DNA of 64,000 nucleotides from assembly GCF_009834535.1 (NCBI RefSeq), contig NC_045697.1, positions 119,724,001 through 119,788,000 on the forward strand, given 5' to 3'. The notes under the pieces are model-generated. The model made no database searches. It saw nothing but the letters and a program-made list of their open reading frames with translations, and was not told the DNA's origin. Positions 59,101 to 64,000 of this stretch are shown one piece after another. The position numbers and the translations under genes were made by a program. The DNA is from Camelus ferus (Eukaryota). Each line of letters begins with the position of its first letter. Position 1 is the stretch's first letter.

Positions 59101-62100
59101 ACACTAAAGGCATATTTCTGGATTGCAGGTGTTCCCAGGATGGGAGATGTTGGCTAATTACCTCCGCTGCCCATGGGGAAACACTCTCTTCACTTCGATT
59201 TCCAGCCCTAATCCTAGAATTCCCTTGTAGCCCGACCGTGGAAATCACCCAGGGTTTAAAAATCTAAGGCATTCTGTCAGAACCAGGGCGCTGCACTCTT
59301 TTGGAGGAACATCCAAACACTCACGATTCGGGAACACGGCTTTGTTGGGGGGAGTGCTGAAGCCCCACTGCACACACACTGCTGGTGGCATATGATTTTC
59401 CCTGTTAGGGAGAAGTCTGCTAATTACATCCACAGTCCATCTAGGGGCACACGCTGCTACTTGGCTTTCCATAGCAACCCCCAGCTTTTCCTCACAGCCC
59501 GGCCTGGGTAAACATTCAGGGATAATATGCTATTGGTTGTATTGGAACCCAGTCGCTAACTACCGTTGTAGGAGACATCCCACACCTAGGTTAACAGAAG
59601 AAATCTTTGTGGGTCTAATGGAGATGGGTAAACAAACTCCACGCATGTTTCGGGGGGCACAGGTATTCCAAGGCTGAGGGACGTCGGAAAAATACCTCAA
59701 ATTTTCATAGGGAGTAACTTGCTGCTTCTACGAATTTCAGCCCAACCCACAGATTTACCTCGCAGCCAGGCCTGTGAAAACAATCACGTAAAAGAAAATA
59801 CTGGTGCTATTATATCCCAGGCGCTGTTCACAGTTGTAGAAGCCTCCCCACACTCAGGATAGCGGAAAAATTCTTTGTGTGTGTCATGGTTTAGGAAAAT
59901 ACACTCCAGCCATGATTCTGGGGGTAGAGCTGTTCCCAGGTTTGAAGATGTCGCCTAATTACCTCCACTGCCAATGGAGAGGCACTCTCTACTTCTTCGC
60001 TTTCCAGACCAACTCCCAAATATCCCTTGCAGCCCGACCTTCGGAAACACCTATATATGACAATATTAGTGATTCTATCAAAACCCCGTCACTGCTGACG
60101 CTTGGAGGTACCCAACACATCAACATTCCAGAACACCACTTTGCTTGTGGGAGGTGTGTAGCCCCACACCTCACAGATGCCTGGGGGCACAGGAATTCCC
60201 TGTTTATGAGAAGTCCGCTTATTACCTCTACAGTCAATCTCTAGGCACTTGTTGCTACTTGGCTTTCCAGCCGAACCCCCAGGTTTCCCTGGCTGCCCGC
60301 CCTGGAAATCACTCAGAAGTAATAAGCTAGTTGTTCTAATGGAACACAAGCACTGCAGACCGTTGTAGGAACCAACGAAATCGCAGGATACAGAACTTAA
60401 TTTTGTGTCTGATTGAGATGGTAAAACCTCCACGCATGTTTCAGTTGGTACAGGTGTTCCTAGGTTGTGGGAGTTCAGATACTTCTCACTACTGCCCATG
60501 TGGAGGAAATCGCTCCTGCTTGGCTTTCCATCCCATCCCCAGTTTCCCTTGCAACCCAGCCTGAGAGAACACTCAGAAAATGTAGCTTAATTTTTAATTT
60601 GAACCCAGGCGCTGCTGACAGTTGTAGAAAACTCCCAATACACAGGGTAACAGAACACTCCTTTGTGTGTGTTTTGTAGTATGAAAACACACTCCATGCT
60701 TGATTCTGCGGTGCAGGTTTAACCAGGTTTTGAGACGTTGGCTAATTATCTCCAGAGTCCATGTGGTGGCACTCTGTTTTTCTTCGTATTCCAGCCCTAA
60801 TCCCAGCTTTCCCTTGAATCCCGGTTTAGGAAAACACCCAGGGATGACAGACTAAGAGATTCTATCAGAACCCTGGTGGTGCTGTCTGCTGGAGGGAACT
60901 CCAAACACACAGGATTCCCAAACACGGCTTTGCTTGGGTTATTTGTGAAGCCCCACACCACACATAATTTTGGGGCACTAGTTTTTCCCATTTAGGTAGA
61001 AGTCCGCTAATTCCCTCTAAAGTCCATCTCGGGGCACTCCCTGCTACTTGGATTTCCAGCCCAACCCACATTTTTCCCTTGCAGCCCGTCCTGGGGTAAC
61101 ACACTGTGAAAAGAAGCTATTGGTGCTATTAGTACCCATGCGCTCCTTGACAATTGTGGAAAATTTCGAACACTCAGGATAACAGAACACATCTTTCTGT
61201 GTGTGATGGAGTGGGAAAACACACGTCAGGCATTTTTTTAGGGATCAAGTTGTTCCCAGGTTGGAAGATTTCGGCAAGTTTCCTTCACTGCCCATGGGGA
61301 TGCATTGACTTCTTCTTCATTTTCAAGCCCAACTCCAAGCTTTCCCTTGTAGCCCGGACTAGTGAAACACCCAGGGATGAAATATAAATGATTCTATCAG
61401 TACCCAGGCCTTGCTGTCTGTTGGAGGATCCTCCAAACCCTCAGGAATCTGGAACAAGACTTTGCATGTAAGGAGTTGAGGAGCCCCATTCCACGCAGAA
61501 GGATGGGGTCACAGATTTGTCCCTGTTAGGGAGAAGTCCGCTAATTACCTCCGCAGTACGTCTTGGGGCACTCGCTTCTTCTTGGATTTTCAGCCAATCC
61601 CCCAGAATTCACCGGGAGGCCGGCTTTTGAAAATACTCAGGGAAAGTAAGCTAGGGTTCTATAGGAACCCAGGTGTTGCAGAGAGTTGTAGGAACTTTCC
61701 CAGAATCAGGGTAACAGAACAATTCATTGAGTGTCTGATAGAGATGGGTAAACTAACTCCACGCATGTTTCAGGTGGTACAGGCATTCTTAGGTTGTGGA
61801 AGTTCGTATAATTATCTCCACTGTCCATGTTGAGGCCCTTGCTGTTGCTTGGATTTCCAGCCCTACCCCCAGCGTTTCCTCGCATCCCGGCCTGGGAAAA
61901 ACTCAGGGAATGAAAGCTACCGGTTCTGTTAGAACAAAGTTCCTCCTGAAAGTTGTAGAAACCTCCCCACACTAAGGAAAAGGGAACACTACTTTGTGTG
62001 TGTGATGGTGTAGGAAAACAGTCTAAAGGCATGTTTCTGGGGTGCAGGTGTTCCCAGGATGGGAGATTTTGGCTAATTACCTCCACTGCCCATGGGGAGG

Positions 62101-63380
62101 CACTCTGGTTTTCTTCGTTTTCCAGCCATACTCCCAGCATTCCCTTGCTGCACGGGTTAGGAAAACACCCAGGGATGACATACTAAGTAATTCTATAAGA
62201 ACCCCAGCGCTGCTGTCTGTTGCAGGAACCTACACACACACAGGATTCCCAAACACGGCTTTGATTGGGGAGTTGTGAATCCCCACTCCACACACATGGC
62301 TGGAGTCACAAGTATTTCCCTGATATTGAGATGTCAGTTAATTACCTCCACAGTGCATCTTGGGGCACTCGCTGCTTCTTGGATTTTCAGCCAATTCCCC
62401 AGATTTCACTCTCAGCCCGGTCTCGGAAAACACTCAGGGAAGGAAAGCTACAAGTTCTATTAGAACCCAGGTGATCCTGACAGTTGTGGAAACCTGAACA
62501 TACTAAGGAAAACAGAATACCCCTTTGTGTGTGTGATGGAGTAGGAAAACACACTAAAGGCATGTTTTTGGGGTGCAGGTGTTCCCAAGATGGGAGATGT
62601 TGGCTAATTATCTCCACTGCCCATAGGGAACCACTCTCTTCACTTCGATTTCCAGCCCTAAACCTAGCATTCCCTTGCAGCCCGACCGTGGAAAACAACA
62701 AGTGATTAAAAATCTAAGAAATTCTGTCAGAACCAGGGCGCTGCTTTCTGTTGGAGGAACCTCCAAACACTCACGATTCCGGAACACGGCTTTGTTGGGG
62801 GGAGTGTTGAAGCCCCACTGCACACTCACTGCTGGGGGCACATGATTTTCCCTGTTAGGGAGAAGTCTGCTAATTACATCCATAGTCCATCTAGGGGCAC
62901 TCGCTTCTACTTGGCTTTCCATACCAACCCCCAGCATTCCCACACAGCCCGGCCTGGGTAAACACTCAGGGATAATATGCTATTGGTTGTATTGGAACCC
63001 AGTCGCTACCTACCGTTGTAGGAAACATCCCACACCTAGGATAACAGAAGAAATCTTTGTGGCTCTGATGGAGATGGGTAAACAATATCCACGAATGTTT
63101 GTGGGGGCACAGGTGTTCCAAGGCTGTGGGACGTCGGAAAAATATCTCAAATTTTCATGTGGATTAACTTGCTGCTTCTACGAATTTCAGCCCAACCCAC
63201 AGCTTTACCTCGCAGCCAGGCCTGTGAAAACAATCACGGTAAAGAAAATACTGGTGCTGTTATTTCCCAGGCGCTGTTCACAGATGTAGAAACCTCCCCA
63301 CACTCAGGATATCGGAACACATCTTTGTGTGTAACATGGTTTAGGAAAATACACTCCAGGCATGTTTCTGGAGGTACAGC
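56140..63380. repeat. Diverged, non-homogenised right-family units, including two 2-monomer deletions
   Basis: The monomer order is kept, but each unit carries many private substitutions and matches neither X nor Y. C1-to-C1 spacing is about 2,920 bp twice (53837-56758-59678), then about 3,450 bp. Confidence 0.85.
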
Positions 63381-64000
63381 TTTTCTAGGTTTGGAGATGT
63401 CGCCTAATTACCTCCACTTCCAATGGGGAGGCACTCTTTACTTCTTCGCTTTCCAGACCAACTCCCAGCTTTCGTTTCAAGCCCGGCCTAAGAAAACACC
63501 TAGGGATGACAATATTATTGATTCTATCAGAACCCCCGCTCTGCTGACTGTTGGAAGTACAACACACAGTCAAAATTGTTGAACATGTCTTTGCTTGGTG
63601 GAGGTGTGGAGACCAACACCACAAGATACCTGGGGGCACAGTTTCTCTCTGTCTGGGAGAAATCCGCTTATTACCTCTACAGTCAATCACTGGGCAATCC
63701 TGGCTACTTGGCTTTAAAGCCGAACCCCCAGTTTCCCTCGCAGCCCGCCCTGGAAAACACTCAGAGATTATATTCTAGTGGTTCTATTGGAACCCAGGCA
63801 CTGCAGACCGTTGTAGGAATGTCCGCACACGCAGGATAACAGAACACATTTTTGTGTCTGATTGAGTTGGTAAAGACCACGCATGTTTCATGGGGTACAG
63901 TTTTTCCTTGGATGGGTGAGGTCAGATAATTCCCATTAATGCCCATGGGGAGGTAATCGCTAATGCTTGGATTTCCATCCCATCCCCCAGTTTCCCTTGC
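63380..64000. repeat. Left-family-type A1-B1-C2 monomers at the window end
   Basis: CACTTCCAATGGGG, GGAGACCAACACCACAAGAT, CAGTTTCTCTCTGTCTGGGAGA and TTCCCATTAATGCCC match 3160-3750, 6060-6660 and 9080-9680, not the right-family A1-B1-C2. Confidence 0.85.

Larger units (their letters stand above)
25491..63380. repeat. Right-family 13-monomer HOR domain (C1 A1 B1 C2 A2 B2 A3 B3 C3 A4 B4 A5 B5), ~3,450-bp period, about 11 units
   Basis: The C1 marker GGGACGTCGGAAAA (or a 1-base variant) lies near 26300, 29687, 33120, 36578, 40036, 43495, 46937, 50390, 53837, 56758, 59678 and 63128. B4 (GTTATTGAGAAGTCAGTTAA) occurs once per full unit and was not seen left of the second gap. Confidence 0.93.
1..64000. 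repeat. Tandem satellite DNA array, ~265-bp monomer with three monomer classes (A/B/C), single orientation throughout
   Basis: The anchor GCTAATTACCTCCAC or a variant recurs every 262-267 bp across the whole window. Class A: GTGATGGAGTAGGAAAACAC...GGGAGATGTTGGCTAATTACC. Class B: GTGAAGCCCCAC...GGGAGAAGTCCGCTAATTACC. Class C: GTCTGATNGAGATGGGTAAA...CCACGCATGTTTCAGG. No non-repeat insert was seen. Confidence 0.98.

Noticed and set aside
150..63946. All ORFs in the six-frame track as protein-coding genes
   Set aside because: They are short, overlap on both strands, recur with the repeat period, often start at GTG or TTG, gain and lose stops and frameshifts between copies, and show no recognisable domain.
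1..64000. CRISPR array (conserved motifs separated by variable sequence)
   Set aside because: The intervening sequences are homologous to each other rather than unique spacers, the period is about 265 bp, and there are no cas genes.
1..64000. Tandem tRNA, 5S, snRNA or SINE gene cluster, or LTR/transposon array
   Set aside because: No recognisable Pol III A/B boxes, cloverleaf, 5S or snRNA sequence, poly(A) tails, target-site duplications, terminal repeats or transposon coding remnants were seen. A remote transposon origin of the monomer cannot be excluded without a Dfam search.
1..64000. Primate alpha satellite, or a tandem coding repeat such as a zinc-finger exon
   Set aside because: The monomer length and sequence do not match 171-bp alpha satellite. 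The Cys/His-containing translations lack C2H2 spacing, and monomer lengths do not preserve a reading frame.
1..64000. Inversion or strand switch within the array
   Set aside because: All monomer anchors read in the same orientation from start to end; no reverse-complement monomers were seen.

Overview
The whole 64-kb window is one uninterrupted head-to-tail tandem satellite array in a single orientation. It looks eukaryotic, probably vertebrate pericentromeric, centromeric or other heterochromatin, but the species cannot be determined from the sequence. I find no credible gene, RNA gene, CRISPR array or transposon; every ORF in the track is a chance reading frame of the repeat. The basic monomer is about 265 bp: the conserved (C)TAATTACCTC anchor or its variants recur at about 230, 497, 761, 1023, 1288, 1555, 1821, 2088, 2351, 2617 and 2883. 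There are three diverged monomer classes, which I label A, B and C. They are arranged in nested higher-order repeats (HORs). Left of 25.4 kb are 10-mer and 11-mer units and a near-identical 19-mer of about 5,033 bp (9+10 monomers, about 3.3 copies). Right of 25.5 kb is a 13-mer of about 3,450 bp (C1 A1 B1 C2 A2 B2 A3 B3 C3 A4 B4 A5 B5). It alternates as two variants to give a 26-mer super-HOR of about 6,897 bp, then gives way to diverged units with monomer-exact deletions, and switches back to left-family sequence at about 63.4 kb. Two 100-N gaps and several noisy, chimeric-looking stretches suggest assembly collapse. The interesting biology is the repeat architecture (multi-level HORs, in-register deletions, conserved dyad symmetries), not a protein-coding system. 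All alignments were done by eye, so junction coordinates are approximate.
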